A stretch of DNA of 64,000 nt from Alphaproteobacteria bacterium (GCA_963555825.3 CAUVXB020000002.1:2400001-2464000); one strand, 5' to 3'. Shown: positions 20,483-32,270, numbered from the stretch's first letter. Notes: generated by a model from the letters alone, not told the origin. Numbers and translations: made by a program.

Positions 20483-21307
20483 GATCTCGAGGTAATCGGG
20501 ATCGTCGGGCGCGATCAGCCCGTGGCGCAGGAAGAAGTCTATGTTGATCAGGTTGCAGTTGAACTTGAACTCCTGCGTGTCACGCGTCACGTCCATGACG
20601 CGCTCGACCGGCCATAGGTAGAATTCCTCGATCTCGCCGTCGACGTTCTCGGGCGTGAAACCGGCTGGCAATTCCAGGTCATAGGCGAACTGGACGTCGG
20701 GCTTGAGGCCGTCGTCGGTCTCCATGCAGTACCTCACCGCGCCGACCGGAACGGCGCGCGCGGCGATCTCGCGCGGCACGCCGGCCTCCTCGGCCGCCTC
20801 CTTGATCAGGTTGTCCATGAGCCCGATGCCGATCGGCTGGCCGCCGGCGACGAAGTTGTCGAGCATGCCAGGATACGTCGGCTTGTCGCGCGCGCGGCGG
20901 CCGATCCACATTTCGATGGCGCCGCCCGCGCGGACGAAGCCGTTGACGTGGATGCCCCAGGACCGGACGCCCATGAGCGGCACCGCGGCGCGCTCCATCC
21001 GCAGCAGCGGCGGCGCGGCGAAGGACGTCGCCACCGGGTAGTCCTCGCCGCGCCAGTCGGCAATCGCGCCGTCGGCCTCGATCGCGCGCAGCACGCCCTC
21101 GACCGCGGCCGAGCGCGCCTCGAAGCCGTCGAGCCCGGACGCCAGCGCGACGCCACTTTCGTCGACAACGAAGACCTCGGGGAAGGCCGCGAGACGCCCG
21201 GCGAAGGCCGGCTTGACCCGGCCGAGCACCGACCCGTCGATGGTGAACGGCACGAAGTGGCTCGGCTCCCAGGCGTTGCAGCGATTGATGTGGTCGAGGT
21301 AGCTCAA
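20462..21307 (-). CDS. DUF4743/Nudix hydrolase
   Basis: GIHVNGF, KPTYPGMLDN, KEAAEEAG Nudix box, FKFNC. Confidence 0.85.
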   Translation of the reverse strand: MSYLDHINRCNAWEPSHFVPFTIDGSVLGRVKPAFAGRLAAFPEVFVVDESGVALASGLDGFEARSAAVEGVLRAIEADGAIADWRGEDYPVATSFAAPPLLRMERAAVPLMGVRSWGIHVNGFVRAGGAIEMWIGRRARDKPTYPGMLDNFVAGGQPIGIGLMDNLIKEAAEEAGVPREIAARAVPVGAVRYCMETDDGLKPDVQFAYDLELPAGFTPENVDGEIEEFYLWPVERVMDVTRDTQEFKFNCNLINIDFFLRHGLIAPDDPDYLEILAGLHR

Positions 21308-21441
21308 CGGTCGGCTCCGGTTCGGTCGGTTGGCGCATCCTAGGGGGCGTCGCGCCGATCACGAAGCTCTGATTTGGCCGTGCCCGGCGCGGTCGGTTAC
21401 AACCTGATGGCGGATGTTCGATTGAACCAGCGGACCACGCC

Positions 21442-22250
21442 ATGCGCAGATTGCTCGCGCTTCTGATTGTCGCTTTGACCGTTACCGCCAGCGCCGCACG
21501 CGCGGAGCCGGCGACGGTCCGGCTCGATGACGCGCTGATCGCCGAGATCGCCGGGCTGGCGCCATTGCGCGGCTCCGCACCGAGCGCCGATCGCCTCGCC
21601 GGCAAGGTCGTCGTCGTCGGCTTCTTCGCCAGTTGGTGCCCGCCGTGCCACGCCGAGTTCCGGCACCTCGGCGAGATCGACGCGCGCTACTGGGGCGCCG
21701 GCGTCGAGATCATCGCGATCAACCTGTTCGAGGATTTCGGCGGCCTGTCGAGCTTAGCCCGGCCTTCTCGCCATGGATAGGCGCGTCATCGCGCCGGGCG
21801 GAGTCGATCCGCCAGGAGAAGGCCGCGGAGCGTAGCCTGGGCTACGCGCAAGGCCTTCGACGCCGCGGGCGGCCCGCCCGGCGCGACCCGAAGGGCGGCG
21901 GATCTCGGACGACAGGACCGCGTCAAAGCGCTTGCCCGATGCGGAAGCATCGTGGCCTGCGCGCTTTTCCTAGCCTGTCGTCCGATATCCGCCGTGCCGC
22001 ACCTATCCATGGCGAGAAGTCCGGGCTAGCCAATCTCGCGCGTTTCCTCGACGAATTCGACCCCGGCTACTACGTGCTCAGTGGCACCGACGCGACCGCC
22101 CAGGCGTTCGGCGGCGTCCGCCGCATCCCGACGCTCTATGTCTTCGACAGGCAGGGGCGCCCGGTGTTCGGCTTCGTCCACGAGACCGGCGCGGCCAAGA
22201 CCAATGTCGACGCAGACGAACTCGCCGCCGTCATCGACGCGCTGCTTTAG
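21442..22250 (+). pseudogene. TlpA-family thiol-disulfide oxidoreductase split by a MITE
   Basis: FFASWCPPC; removing 21757-22028 restores …FGGLSSLANLARFLDEF…RIPTLYVFD. Confidence 0.88.
21757..22026. mobile_element. MITE family C (270 bp, TA duplication)
   Basis: TIRs gcccggccttctcgccatggatagg / cctatccatggcgagaagtccgggc; TA at 21755-56 and 22027-28. Confidence 0.9.
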
Positions 22251-22378
22251 AGTTTTTTGTGCGTTCCCCTTCATAGAGTGAAGGTGAACTGCGCTCAATC
22301 GCCGCGCTTGCTTCCGCCGAACGGTCGGCGGCCTGCGGTCGCAGGCTGGCATAGTCCGGCCGATTCCAATCGACCGGA

Positions 22379-24505
22379 CTATGCGCTACCGTCCGCCCCG
22401 GCCGGCCGGTCGGCGAAGTGGCGCCATTCGTCCTTGCCGCCGCGGTTCTCGATGTAGTTGATCAAGGCCGAGACGGCGCGGCGGTCGAACTTGGCGTCGG
22501 CCTCCGACATCAAGATGTTGTATGCCTGATCGAACGGCATGGCGTCGCGCCAGGCGCGCGCGCTGGTCATGCCGGCGAAGGCGTTGGCGACCGAGACGAC
22601 GCGCGCGCCGACCTCGATGTTCTCGCCCTCGAGGCCCTCGGGCCCGCTGCCGTCCCAGTTCTCGTGGATATGGCGGATGGTCGGCACCACCGGGCCATCG
22701 AACGCGACGCCCTCCAGAAGGTCCGCGCTGCCCAGTATGCTGTCGCGGATGATCGCCCGTTCTTCCTCGGTCAGATCCCCGGTCTTGGTCAACAGCGCCT
22801 CGGGCACCAGGATCTTGCCCAGGTTCATCAGATGGCTGACGATCTCGACGGTCTCGACCTGGACCGTATCGAGCCCCATCTCGCCGGCGATCGCCTTGGA
22901 GACATCGGCGACACGGTGCGAATGGTCGGCCGAGAACGGGTCGCGCCGGTCGACCACGGCGACCAGCGTGCCGACCAGCTGCTTGAGGATCTGCTCGCGC
23001 CTGATGCGCTCCCTGGTCAGTTCGGTGATGTCCTCCATCACCATCAGCACGCCGGGCGGATGGTCGCGGTCGCCGCGCAGCGGGATGTGCTCCGACTTGA
23101 CGACCTGAAGCTCGCCGTCCTCCTCCGTTTCATGCACCTAGGTAGCGCGCTGGAAATCGCCCAGCACGTCGCGGTTGATGCGCTCGTAGAATTTGGCCTT
23201 CACCGGGCCGATGACGCTGGCCATGGTCTTGCCCAGCATATCCTCCTTCGCGATGCCGGCCTGGTCGGCCGCGGCCTTGTTGGCGAAGGTGTACTGCGTC
23301 TCGCCGTCGACCGCGGCGATGGCGGCCGGCTGGCCGTCGGTCACCACGTTGAGAAATTTCATGATGTTCTCGAAACGCTCGGACGAGATGCGGAACTTGG
23401 CTGCCGCCTGCGCCGCGCGCAGCGAGCTGCCGTAGAACCAGACAAGCCCGATGGTGATGGCGATGCCGACGATGATCAGGATGAACACGGTCAGCATCGC
23501 GGTGCCGCGCCGCTCGGTGTCGGCGAGCGCTTCTTCGCGCGAGATCTTGCGCACCAGGTACCACGGCGCGGCGCTTACCTGGCGGCCGGTGGCGAGCACC
23601 TCGTCGCCGGCATAGTCGCGCTTGATGGCGAAGCCCTCGGGTGTGTCGATGGCATAGGCCGCGGCGAGTTCGGGCGTGTCACGCGCCAGCTTGCGGCGCA
23701 GCGGCGGCGAGCCGTCGGCCAACGGCGTGAGGTATTCGATGGCGGCGCCCGTGAGGCGCACCAAATAGTTCTCGGCGGTCTCCTCGATCTCGCCGGGTTG
23801 TTCGAGCAAGCCGTAGAACCCCTTGCCGAGTGGCTTGAGGCCGATCACCAGGCCGAGGTGCTTGGCCGTGCCGGGATCGTCCTGGATGCCGTAGACCGGC
23901 AGCACGAAGCCGATCACCGGCTGGTTGCCGGCGCCGGCGTGGATATCGATGAGCACCGCCTCGCCGCCCGAGGCGCGGCCGATGGCCTCGCGGATCTGCG
24001 GCGTCGAGGGCGGCATGTCGGGCGTCGCGACCAAGATGTTGCCGTTCTCGTCGGTGACCGCGAGCCCGGCGATGCCGGCGCGCTCGACGTTGGCGTCGAC
24101 GTCGATCGCCTCGACCGGCGCGACGAAGCCGTTGCGGTTGGCCGTGGCGACCAAAAGGTTGCGCAGATAGCCGACCTCGGCGTCCGCCGCCTCGGGGTCG
24201 CCCTCGCCCGCGCGCACTTCGGCGATCTCGCTCATGTAGATTTGCAGCGATTCGTTCTCGACCAGTTCGCGCATGGTGGCGAACTGGTCGTCGACCCATT
24301 GGTTGACCGCGGCGACGCGGGTGTCGGCGACGATGTTGAGACGGACCTGCCAGGCGTGCAAGTCGCGCTCCTTCTCGTCTTCGACGAAATTGAAGACGAG
24401 CCAGACGCCGACCAACGCGGCCACGGCGAGCGCCGCGATCGAGCCGAAGAAGATGATCCTGCCGACCTGCGGAACCTCGTCGATGCCGGAATTCGAGTCT
24501 GACAT
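22379..24505 (-). pseudogene. Membrane sensor: TM, periplasmic (Cache-like) domain, TM, PAS, degenerate HD-GYP; in-frame TAG at 23138-23140
   Basis: ORFs 23138..24529 and 22379..23137 are in frame (…FQRAT*VHETE…); RDPFSADHSHRVA, LMNLGKI (HD lost), HENWDGSGPEG (GYP altered). Confidence 0.8.
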
Positions 24506-24571
24506 GGGCCACTGCTCCCCGGAGTGCACTGCGCGGCGGCGCCGTCGAGGCGCGCCTCTTCGATCATCTTA

Positions 24572-24851
24572 TACCAAGGACCAGTGATAAAGACCCCTAG
24601 AGACGGCTTGCCGTGGTTCTCGGCTAGGCGCGCCCGGCGCGGCGATGCAGCGCATCGCAAGGCGGGCGCAACGACGTCCGCCAATCTGATAGCGGGCGAG
24701 AGCCTCGGCAAGCCGCCCTTCGGGTCGCGGCCGCTTATCGCCGGAGGGCGCCAGGAAGCCTTGACGATGCGCTGCATCGCCCGCGGCTCCCTTGCCTCAC
24801 CGGCGAAAAGCGGACGCGATCTCTAGGGGTCTTTATCACTGGTCCTTGATA
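24572..24851. mobile_element. MITE family B, copy 1
   Basis: ~32-bp TIRs taccaaggaccagtgataaagacccctagaga / tctctaggggtctttatcactggtccttgata. Confidence 0.88.
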
Positions 24852-25013
24852 TTATTGAATGCCATGGAGTCAAGGCGTTGTACATCCTCGTCACCGGCCG
24901 AGACGCGTCGTCGGTGCTGTGATCGCGGTCATATGGCCGGCGCGCCGAACAATGCTATATTGCGACATGTTCGAGACGATCTTACGGGCGGAACGCGAGC
25001 AACGGTTTCGACG

Positions 25014-25611
25014 ATGACAGGACGGCTGCGATGTTTCGGTCTGATCGGCGCGGCGCTCGCCGCGCTCGCCTTGGCCGGCCCGACGCCCGCCGTGGCGGCG
25101 ACGGCCGGCGCGCAGAGTTTCTTCAATACCACCGAGACCAAGAAGACCGAGCTCAAGAAATTCGGCAAGTGGACCAGTGCGGTCAAGCGCTACTTCGCCG
25201 AGAAAGGCAAGAACGAAGGGCCGTGCACCGCGACCGAGTTCAACAAATGCCACTATGACGAATGGCGCACATTCATCGACAACGCACGCTCGAAACCGCG
25301 CGACTACAATCTGCTCGTCGAGGTCAACAAATTCCTCAACCCGCCGACCCGCCGCTATATCACCGATCCGATCAACTGGGGCATGAAGGATTACTGGGAA
25401 GCGCCCGCCGAGTTCTTCAACAGGCGCGGCGACTGCGAGGATTACGCGATCACCAAGTACATGACGCTGCGCGACCTGGGCTTTCCGGCCGCGCAGCTGC
25501 GCGTCGTCGCGGTCAAGGACCTGAACCTCAAGGTCGGCCACGCGATCCTCGTCGTGTTCCTCGGCGGCCAGACCTATCTCTTGGACAACCAGGTCAAGAA
25601 AGTCGTCGAGA
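25014..25611 (+). pseudogene. LapG-like transglutaminase-like cysteine protease, C-terminus truncated by IS21
   Basis: Signal peptide; D…WG..DYW.AP.EF…GDCEDYAITKY…HAIL…LLDN; sequence cut at the IS21 end. Confidence 0.85.
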
Positions 25612-25802
25612 TGTCAATGGCGGAGCAAAAAGGGACCACCTCGGCGGTGTAAGAAGGGACCGCTTGGCGGCTGCGGGCTTGTCCCCGTAGTCCACGGGAG
25701 GGCCCCGCGCGCGACGCGGCGTGCCCTCAACAGGCTGACGCGGCGGCGCGCGCGGGAGGGACCTGTGGGCCCACGGGGTCAAGCGTGGGCTGGGTGGTCG
25801 GT

Positions 25803-26567
25803 TCAGTTAGCAGTCGGGGTTTGACGCCTGCGGCTCTGGTTGAGCCTGTAGCTGTCACCGTTCATCTCGAGGATGTTGACGTGGTGGGTGAGGCGATCGA
25901 GGAGCGCGCCGGTGAGGCGCTCGGAGCCGAACACCTCGGTCCATTCGTCGAAGGGCAGATTGGTGGTGACCAGGGTCGAGCCCCGCTCGTAGCGTTGGCT
26001 GAACACCTCGAACAACAGCTCGGCGCCGGTCTTCGACAGCGGCACGAAGCCGAGTTCGTCGACGATCAGAAGCTTGTAGGTGGCGAGCTTCTTCTGGAAC
26101 CTCAGCAGCTGCTTGTCATCGCGGGCCTCGATGAGTTCGTGGACCAGCGCGGCGGCGGTGATGAAGCCGACCGAGAGGCCCTTCTGGCAGGCCGCCAGGC
26201 CGAGACCGAGGGCGATGTGGGTCTTGCCGGTCCCACTGTTGCCGAGCGCGATGAGGTTCTCGCGGCGCTCGATGTACTCGCAGCGGGCCAGCTCCAGGAC
26301 CAGCGCCTTGTTGAGCGAGGGGATGACCTTGAAGTCGAAGCTGTCGAGGCTCTTGACCACGGGGAAGCGCGCCGCCTTGATGCGCCGCTCGACCATGCGG
26401 CGCTCGCGGTCGATCAGCTCGAGCTCGGCGAGTCTCAACAGGTAGCGGACGTGATCGACGCCTTCCGAGGCGCACTGCCGGGCGATCTTGTCGTACTCGC
26501 GCAGGAAGGTCGGCAGCTTCAGCGTCTTGAGGTGGTGGGCGAGCAGCACTTGCGGTGTGTCGGTCAT
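25803..26567 (-). CDS. istB: IS21 helper ATPase
   Basis: GNSGTGKTH Walker A; LLIVDELG; LLDRLTHH. Confidence 0.93.
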   Translation of the reverse strand: MTDTPQVLLAHHLKTLKLPTFLREYDKIARQCASEGVDHVRYLLRLAELELIDRERRMVERRIKAARFPVVKSLDSFDFKVIPSLNKALVLELARCEYIERRENLIALGNSGTGKTHIALGLGLAACQKGLSVGFITAAALVHELIEARDDKQLLRFQKKLATYKLLIVDELGFVPLSKTGAELLFEVFSQRYERGSTLVTTNLPFDEWTEVFGSERLTGALLDRLTHHVNILEMNGDSYRLNQSRRRQTPTAN

Positions 26568-28063
26568 GCGCCGAGCCCCGACAGCAGGCTCATGTACGAC
26601 TTGGCGGACGTCATCGCGACCCGGGCGCGCGGCAGATACGGATAGACGTCGAGGTTGAGCCTGGGCGGCCGCCGCTCGATGCGGCACAGTACCAGGTGCT
26701 TCACCGCATCAAAGCCGATTGCGCCGAGCCGCAGGGCGTCGCCGACCGCACCCTCGACCTCCTCGAGCCGGAAGGTCTCCAGTAGACGGAGCACCTGGAC
26801 GTACTCGCGCTTGCCTGCCTTGCCCATACGAGCTTCGAGGAGCCGCCGCAGAGTGATGAAGGCCTCGGGCAGGTCCCAGCCCGCCAATGGCGCGGCCTGG
26901 TCGAGGGCGCCGATCTTCTGCTCGATCAAGGGCAGGTAATGCAGCGGGTCGAAGATCAGGTCCTCGCTGTCGTAGGACCGGCGGTGCCGGGCGATCACCT
27001 CGGCCCCGCAGCTGATCACCACCTCATCGACGTAGCCCCGGATGAGCACCTCACGGTGGCCGTAGGCCACGGGCACGGAATAGTCGTTGCTGCGGTAACG
27101 CACCAGCGACAGCGAACTCGCCCGTCCAGGGCGCTTATCGCAGGCATCATAGGGAGCAGGCGGCAATGGCAAGAGAACTTGACGATCCCGCTCGAGACGC
27201 TCGCCGATGGTCTCCTTGTGGCCCCGCAGCCGCGCCGCCTGGCGCCGGCGGCACTGTTCGGCGAGAGCATCGTTGAGGGCCGCGAAGCTCTCGGCACGCG
27301 GGACGGGGACCAGGAAGTTCCGCCGGATGAAGCCGACCAGTCCCTCGACCTTGCCCTTGTCGTTGCCCTTGCCCGGCCGGCCGAACCTGTCCTCGAACAG
27401 ATAGTGGGACTGAAGCTCCGTGAAGACGCGCGTTCGCTGCCGCTTCCCATCGCCCAGGATCCGGGCAACCGCCAGCTTGGTGTTGTCGTACAGGATGGAT
27501 CGGGGGACGCCGCCGAAGAAGGCAAACGCCGCGTTGTGGCCATCGCAGAATGCTTCGGTCGTCTCCGCCGGATAGGCCGCAACAAAGCAACCATCACTGT
27601 GGGGAAGGTCGAAGGCAAGGAAGTGGATCTTCCGTAACGCGCCGCCGATCACCGCCATCGCTTCGCCGAAGTCCGCCTGGGCGTGACCGGGGGAATGGGA
27701 GAGTGGCACGAACACCTCACGCGACCGAAGCCCCTGCTCACGAACGTAGTCCTTCACGATGGTGTAGCCGCCCGTGAAACCGTACTCGTCCCGGAGGCGG
27801 TCGAAGATGCGCTTCGCAGTGTGCCGTTGCTTGCGGTGGCTGGTCCGATCGTCTTCCAAGATCCGATCGATGATTCCCGTGAACGGACCCAGCTTTGGCC
27901 GCCTCGGCGGCGCGCTTCGGCGATACCCTGGCGGCACCGAGAACGACAGCATCTTACGGACCGTCTTGCGGTCTACACCAAACACCCGCGAGGCCTCGCG
28001 GGTGCTCATCCCCTCGACATGACACGCCCGCCGAACCCGTGCGTACAACTCCACCCGATACAT
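26564..28063 (-). CDS. istA: IS21 transposase
   Basis: QADFG, ILYDN, KGKVE DDE motifs. Confidence 0.93.
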   Translation of the reverse strand: MYRVELYARVRRACHVEGMSTREASRVFGVDRKTVRKMLSFSVPPGYRRSAPPRRPKLGPFTGIIDRILEDDRTSHRKQRHTAKRIFDRLRDEYGFTGGYTIVKDYVREQGLRSREVFVPLSHSPGHAQADFGEAMAVIGGALRKIHFLAFDLPHSDGCFVAAYPAETTEAFCDGHNAAFAFFGGVPRSILYDNTKLAVARILGDGKRQRTRVFTELQSHYLFEDRFGRPGKGNDKGKVEGLVGFIRRNFLVPVPRAESFAALNDALAEQCRRRQAARLRGHKETIGERLERDRQVLLPLPPAPYDACDKRPGRASSLSLVRYRSNDYSVPVAYGHREVLIRGYVDEVVISCGAEVIARHRRSYDSEDLIFDPLHYLPLIEQKIGALDQAAPLAGWDLPEAFITLRRLLEARMGKAGKREYVQVLRLLETFRLEEVEGAVGDALRLGAIGFDAVKHLVLCRIERRPPRLNLDVYPYLPRARVAMTSAKSYMSLLSGLGA

Positions 28064-28181
28064 CCCCCCCGCCTTCCAGTCAGAGCAACCCTGACAGAAG
28101 GCTATACGCGGTCCCATTTTGGTCCGCCGCAGCCGGATCGACCGGCCGCTTCAGTGGGGGATTATTGCTCTGCCGTTCTCA

Positions 28182-28838
28182 GCTCGCCACGACGCGGATA
28201 AATTGGCCCTCGAGCGCGTCATCGGCGGTGAGGTTGCCCTCGCCGTCGGAGCCGCTCGCCGAGACAAAAAGGATCCCCGAAATCGGCTCGGGCGGCGGCG
28301 CCTCTTCGTCGGCGATGTCGGACTGGTCGGCCTCGGGCACGAAATTGATCGCGATCGGCGGATCCTGTCCGGGAATGCCCGGCCCCTCTCCCAGGTTGGC
28401 AATGTTCTGGACGGCCTCGGGGCTGGGGCCGAAGGTGCCCTCGGTGCCACCGGTATCGCCGGCTGCCGTGCTGATGCCGGCCAACAGGTCTTCGATCGAC
28501 GCGACGACCGTCACCTCCTCGGTGTCCGGGTCGAAAAAGGCGATCGAGCTGCCGGTCTCGTCTTCGATATAGAGCGCGAGGTTTTCGAAGATGAACTCTT
28601 CCTCTTCCGCGGCGCCGCCGCCGCGCACGATGCCGTCGATGATCACGGTCTGCTGCGCTTCCGCCACGATCGTGACGATGACGTCGTCGCCATCGGCGAG
28701 AATTTCGATCGGCCGGCCTTCGCTGTCGAGGATATCGACCTTGTCGCCCTCGGCGACTTCAATCTGGGCGCCGGGCTCGAGCTCGAGTTCCCGAACCGTG
28801 CCGTCCTCGCTCGTGATGCGAACAGTAAGAAGAGCCAT
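28182..28838 (-). pseudogene. N-terminal fragment of a large acidic adhesin with a LapG-type TAAG site, truncated by IS21
   Basis: Very acidic, no signal peptide, …LLAGISTAAGDTGG…; ORF ends at the IS21 boundary. Confidence 0.6.
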
Positions 28839-29169
28839 CTGTCTCTATCCCTTGCTTGAGTGACCGGCGCCCGCCGCCGACCCCTCGGTTGATATTCCTT
28901 CGAACTCGCGGTCTGAAACACGTGGACCGCGCATAGTTCGGCCCCGCAACGGTGTGCATTATCAATTCTGTGCCCAACGGCGTCATCACCCATATGGATG
29001 ATGGAATCGCATTTATCCAGATGACCCCTGGCTTCGACCCGACAACCCGTCCGGCTCGCCCAAATTGGCAGAGAACGTTAGATAATGCCCTGATATTACG
29101 GCATCAAACGGATTTTGTCGAGACCCGGGACCCAGTCAGGCCGAGGTCCTTTGGACGCAAAGCGAATTT

Positions 29170-32100
29170 TCAGCGCAATAGCAGGAAATTGCCCGTCGAC
29201 ATGCCGGCGAAGACCGAATCGGTGCCATCGATATAAAGCCTGACGGCACCCATGCGACCGTCGGCGAAGTCGCGGCGCACGTCGTCGTGACGGCGCACTT
29301 CGAGATAGACGATCGTGCCGGTCGCCGAATAGGTCTTGCGCCAGACGGTGACCGGATTGTCGACCAACATCCCGCCGCCGGACAACGTCGCCTTGCGGTC
29401 CCAAAGCAGCTGCGGCGCACCGTAGACGCCCCTGAAGTGGTCCACGACACGATCGTAGGCGCCGGTCGGGAAGTTGGCGAAATACCGCGTCGCGCGACCG
29501 TCGACATAGCGCACGATGACCTTGGAGCCCTGATAAATAACGCTGCTGATCCGGAAGACCGGTTCGATCTCGACCGGCCAGTCGTCCTCGGAAATGCAGA
29601 CGTTGACCGCGCCGTGCTGCTTGGTCACGCATTTCGTATCGCCGGCGCCCTCGGGCAACGCCCCGCCGAGGCCAAGGCTCGGCCCGAAGCGCAGTTCGCG
29701 CGTCGGTTCGGGTACTTCGGGGTGGGCCACGACCACCGCGGCGACGGTCTCCGGCGCCGGCAATGCTGGCGCGACCTCTTCGTCCACCGCTGCCGGACCA
29801 GTCTCGGCCGCGGCAACATCGGTTTCTGCCACGGCCGGCGGCGGCGCGCTTTCATCGCTGCCGAAGAGGCTGGAGAAGAATTCGCTGACGGCGTCCTCTT
29901 CCGGCGCCTCCGCGGCCGGCATCGGCGCCGGCTCGGGCGCCGCGACGGGTTCGGGCTCGACGCTGGCGACGATGGGCTCGGGCTCGGGCGCGGCGACGAT
30001 GGGCTCGGGCGCAGCGACCGGTTCGGGCTCGACGCTGACGATGACGGGTTCCGGCTCGGGCGCGGCGACCGGTTCGGGCTCGACGCGGGCGATGACGGGT
30101 TCCGGCTCGAGTTCGGGCTCGGCCACCGGTTCCGGCTGAGCCGGCGGCGGCGCACCTTCGTCGCTGCCGAAGAGGCTGGAGAAGAATTCGCTGACGGCGT
30201 CCTGTTCCGGCGCCTCTGCGGCCGGCATCGGCGCCGGCTCGGGCGCCGCGATGGGTTCGGGCTCGACGCTGGCGACGGCGAGTAGCGGTTCGGGCGCAGC
30301 GACCGGTTCGGGCTCGACGCTGACGATGACGGGTTCCGGCTCGGGCGCGGCGACCGGTTCGGGCTCGACGCGGGCGATGACGGGTTCCGGCTCGGGTTCG
30401 GGCTCGGCCACCGGTTCCGGCTGAGCCGGCGGCGGCGCACCTTCGTCGCTGCCGAAGAGGCTGGAGAAGAATTCGCTGACGGCGTCCTGTTCCGGCGCCT
30501 CTGCGGCCGGCATCGGCGCCGGCTCGGGCGCCGCGATGGGTTCGGGCTCGACGCTGACGACGGCGAGTAGCGGTTCGGGCGCGGCGACCGGTTCGGGCTC
30601 GACGCCGACGACGGCGAGTAGCGGTTCGGGCGCGGCGACCGGTTCGGGCTCGACGCTGGCGATGACGGGTTCCGGCTCGGGTTCGGGCTCGGCCATCGGT
30701 TCCGGTTCGACGCTGACGACGGCGGGCGCCGGCTCGGGTTCGACCACCGGTTCCGGCTGAGCCGGCGGCGGCGCACCTTCGTCGCTGCCGAAGAGGCTGG
30801 AGAAGAATTCGCTGACGGCGTCCTCTTCCGGCGCCTCCGCAGCCGGCATCGGCGCCGGCTCGGGCGCGGCGACGGGTTCGGGCTCGACGCTGACGACGGC
30901 GGGTACCGGTTCGGGCGCGGCGACCGGTTCGGGCTCGACGCTGGCGATGACGGGTTCCGGCTCGGGTTCGGGCTCGAGTTCGGGCTCGGCGATCGGTTCG
31001 GGCTCGACGCTGGCGATGCCGGGTTCCGGCTCGGGTTCGGCCACCGGTTCCGGCTGAGCCGGCGGCGGCGCACCTTCGTCGCTGCCGAAGAGGCTGGAGA
31101 AGAATTCGCTGACGGCGTCCTCTTCCGGCGCCTCTGCGGCCGGCATCGGCGCCGGCTCGGGCGCCGCGATGGGTTCGGGCTCGACGCTGGCGACGATGGG
31201 CTCGGGCTCGGGCGCGGCGACGATGGGCTCGGGCTCGGGCTCGGGTTCGGGCTCGGGTTCGGGCGCGGCGGCGACCTCGACGGGTTCCGGCTGGGGTTCG
31301 CTTTCGGGTTCTTCGTCGGCTCCGCCAAACAGATCCGCAATATCGCCGAAAAAGGACGACACCGGATCCTCGCCGGTCGGCTCGGCGCCCGCCTCGACCG
31401 CCGGCTCACGGGGCGCCGCTTCGACGGGCTCGACGACGACCGGCTCGGAAGACGGCTTAACCACGACGGGTTCAGGCGCTGGCTGAACGACGACTGGTTC
31501 GGGCGCGGCCGGCGGCGGCACCGGCTCGGGCGCCACCGGCGGCTGGACGACCACGACCTGCGCCGGCTGTGTCGTCTGCTGCAACAACGGCGTGGTTTCG
31601 ACTGTCGGCGCCGGCGCGGCGGTAACGACCGGCTGCGGTGCGGGCTGTGGCACAGGTTGGGGTACCGGTACCGGGGTCGTCGAGGTCGCCGCCCTGGCGT
31701 CCGGCGCCTGGCGGTTGTTGCGCACCGACAACAGGTAGAAGGCGACGTCGAAGTAGCCGGAATCGATGGCGATATCGAGCGCCGCCATGCCCCAGGCGTT
31801 GCGCGAATAAATGTCGGCGCCGGCCAGCACGCTCGACTTCACCGCCGCGAGATCGTTCTTGTAGACGGCGGCGAACATATCCTTGGTCGCCTCGGCCGAA
31901 ACGCCCTCGGTGCCCAGCGTGGCCTGCGCGACGACGAACGGCTGGACCGGCGCGGCGGCGAGCGCGCCGACCGTGGGCGTCACGATGCACCCGGCGACCA
32001 GAGCGGCGTACAAGACCAACGGCGATCCGCGGCGCCGCTGGTGTCGGCCATTTGCGCGCGTAGATGTGGAAATCGCTCGGTTCGACGGTGTAACCGGCAC
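29170..32100 (-). CDS. Exported or membrane-anchored ankyrin-repeat protein with long Pro/Glu-rich repeats
   Basis: GTG after AGGAG; hydrophobic segment; MFAAVYKND…GADI…[15 protein letters not shown] ankyrin; PEPE tracts; globular C-terminus. Confidence 0.75.
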   Translation of the reverse strand: MPVTPSNRAISTSTRANGRHQRRRGSPLVLYAALVAGCIVTPTVGALAAAPVQPFVVAQATLGTEGVSAEATKDMFAAVYKNDLAAVKSSVLAGADIYSRNAWGMAALDIAIDSGYFDVAFYLLSVRNNRQAPDARAATSTTPVPVPQPVPQPAPQPVVTAAPAPTVETTPLLQQTTQPAQVVVVQPPVAPEPVPPPAAPEPVVVQPAPEPVVVKPSSEPVVVEPVEAAPREPAVEAGAEPTGEDPVSSFFGDIADLFGGADEEPESEPQPEPVEVAAAPEPEPEPEPEPEPIVAAPEPEPIVASVEPEPIAAPEPAPMPAAEAPEEDAVSEFFSSLFGSDEGAPPPAQPEPVAEPEPEPGIASVEPEPIAEPELEPEPEPEPVIASVEPEPVAAPEPVPAVVSVEPEPVAAPEPAPMPAAEAPEEDAVSEFFSSLFGSDEGAPPPAQPEPVVEPEPAPAVVSVEPEPMAEPEPEPEPVIASVEPEPVAAPEPLLAVVGVEPEPVAAPEPLLAVVSVEPEPIAAPEPAPMPAAEAPEQDAVSEFFSSLFGSDEGAPPPAQPEPVAEPEPEPEPVIARVEPEPVAAPEPEPVIVSVEPEPVAAPEPLLAVASVEPEPIAAPEPAPMPAAEAPEQDAVSEFFSSLFGSDEGAPPPAQPEPVAEPELEPEPVIARVEPEPVAAPEPEPVIVSVEPEPVAAPEPIVAAPEPEPIVASVEPEPVAAPEPAPMPAAEAPEEDAVSEFFSSLFGSDESAPPPAVAETDVAAAETGPAAVDEEVAPALPAPETVAAVVVAHPEVPEPTRELRFGPSLGLGGALPEGAGDTKCVTKQHGAVNVCISEDDWPVEIEPVFRISSVIYQGSKVIVRYVDGRATRYFANFPTGAYDRVVDHFRGVYGAPQLLWDRKATLSGGGMLVDNPVTVWRKTYSATGTIVYLEVRRHDDVRRDFADGRMGAVRLYIDGTDSVFAGMSTGNFLLLR
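29830..31300 (-). repeat. Five ~285-336-bp intragenic tandem units
   Basis: ccgaagaggctggagaagaattcgctgacggcgtcc at 29861, 30167, 30452, 30788, 31085. Confidence 0.92.
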
Positions 32101-32270
32101 GCCGTACTCCTGTGATCGTCCAAGGGCCACACGGCCGCCGCGTTCATAGCGCGTCATGGCGGCATGCGGCAAGCCGCACGACGACGAGTTCGAATGTACG
32201 ATCAATCGTCGCGCCGGTAAATCGCCGCGTTGACCGGCAGGGCTGGTTCGACGACCCCTCTGTCATGTAA

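Larger units (their letters stand above)
25612..28181 (-). mobile_element. IS21-family element
   Basis: TG…CA termini (tgtcaatggcggagcaaaa / tattgctctgccgttctca), repeated terminal motifs, istAB; no target duplication. Confidence 0.9.

Noticed and set aside
545-23140. Amber recoding or pyrrolysine read-through at two in-frame TAGs
   Set aside because: TAG is a normal stop for many genes here, no pyl genes are present, the proteins are not methylamine methyltransferases, and a TAA lesion and frameshifts also occur
22418-24502. Long antisense ORFs (also 58586..60610, 39237..40883, 10546..12099, 29625..31409)
   Set aside because: Shadow or alternative frames of real high-GC genes, with no recognisable motifs
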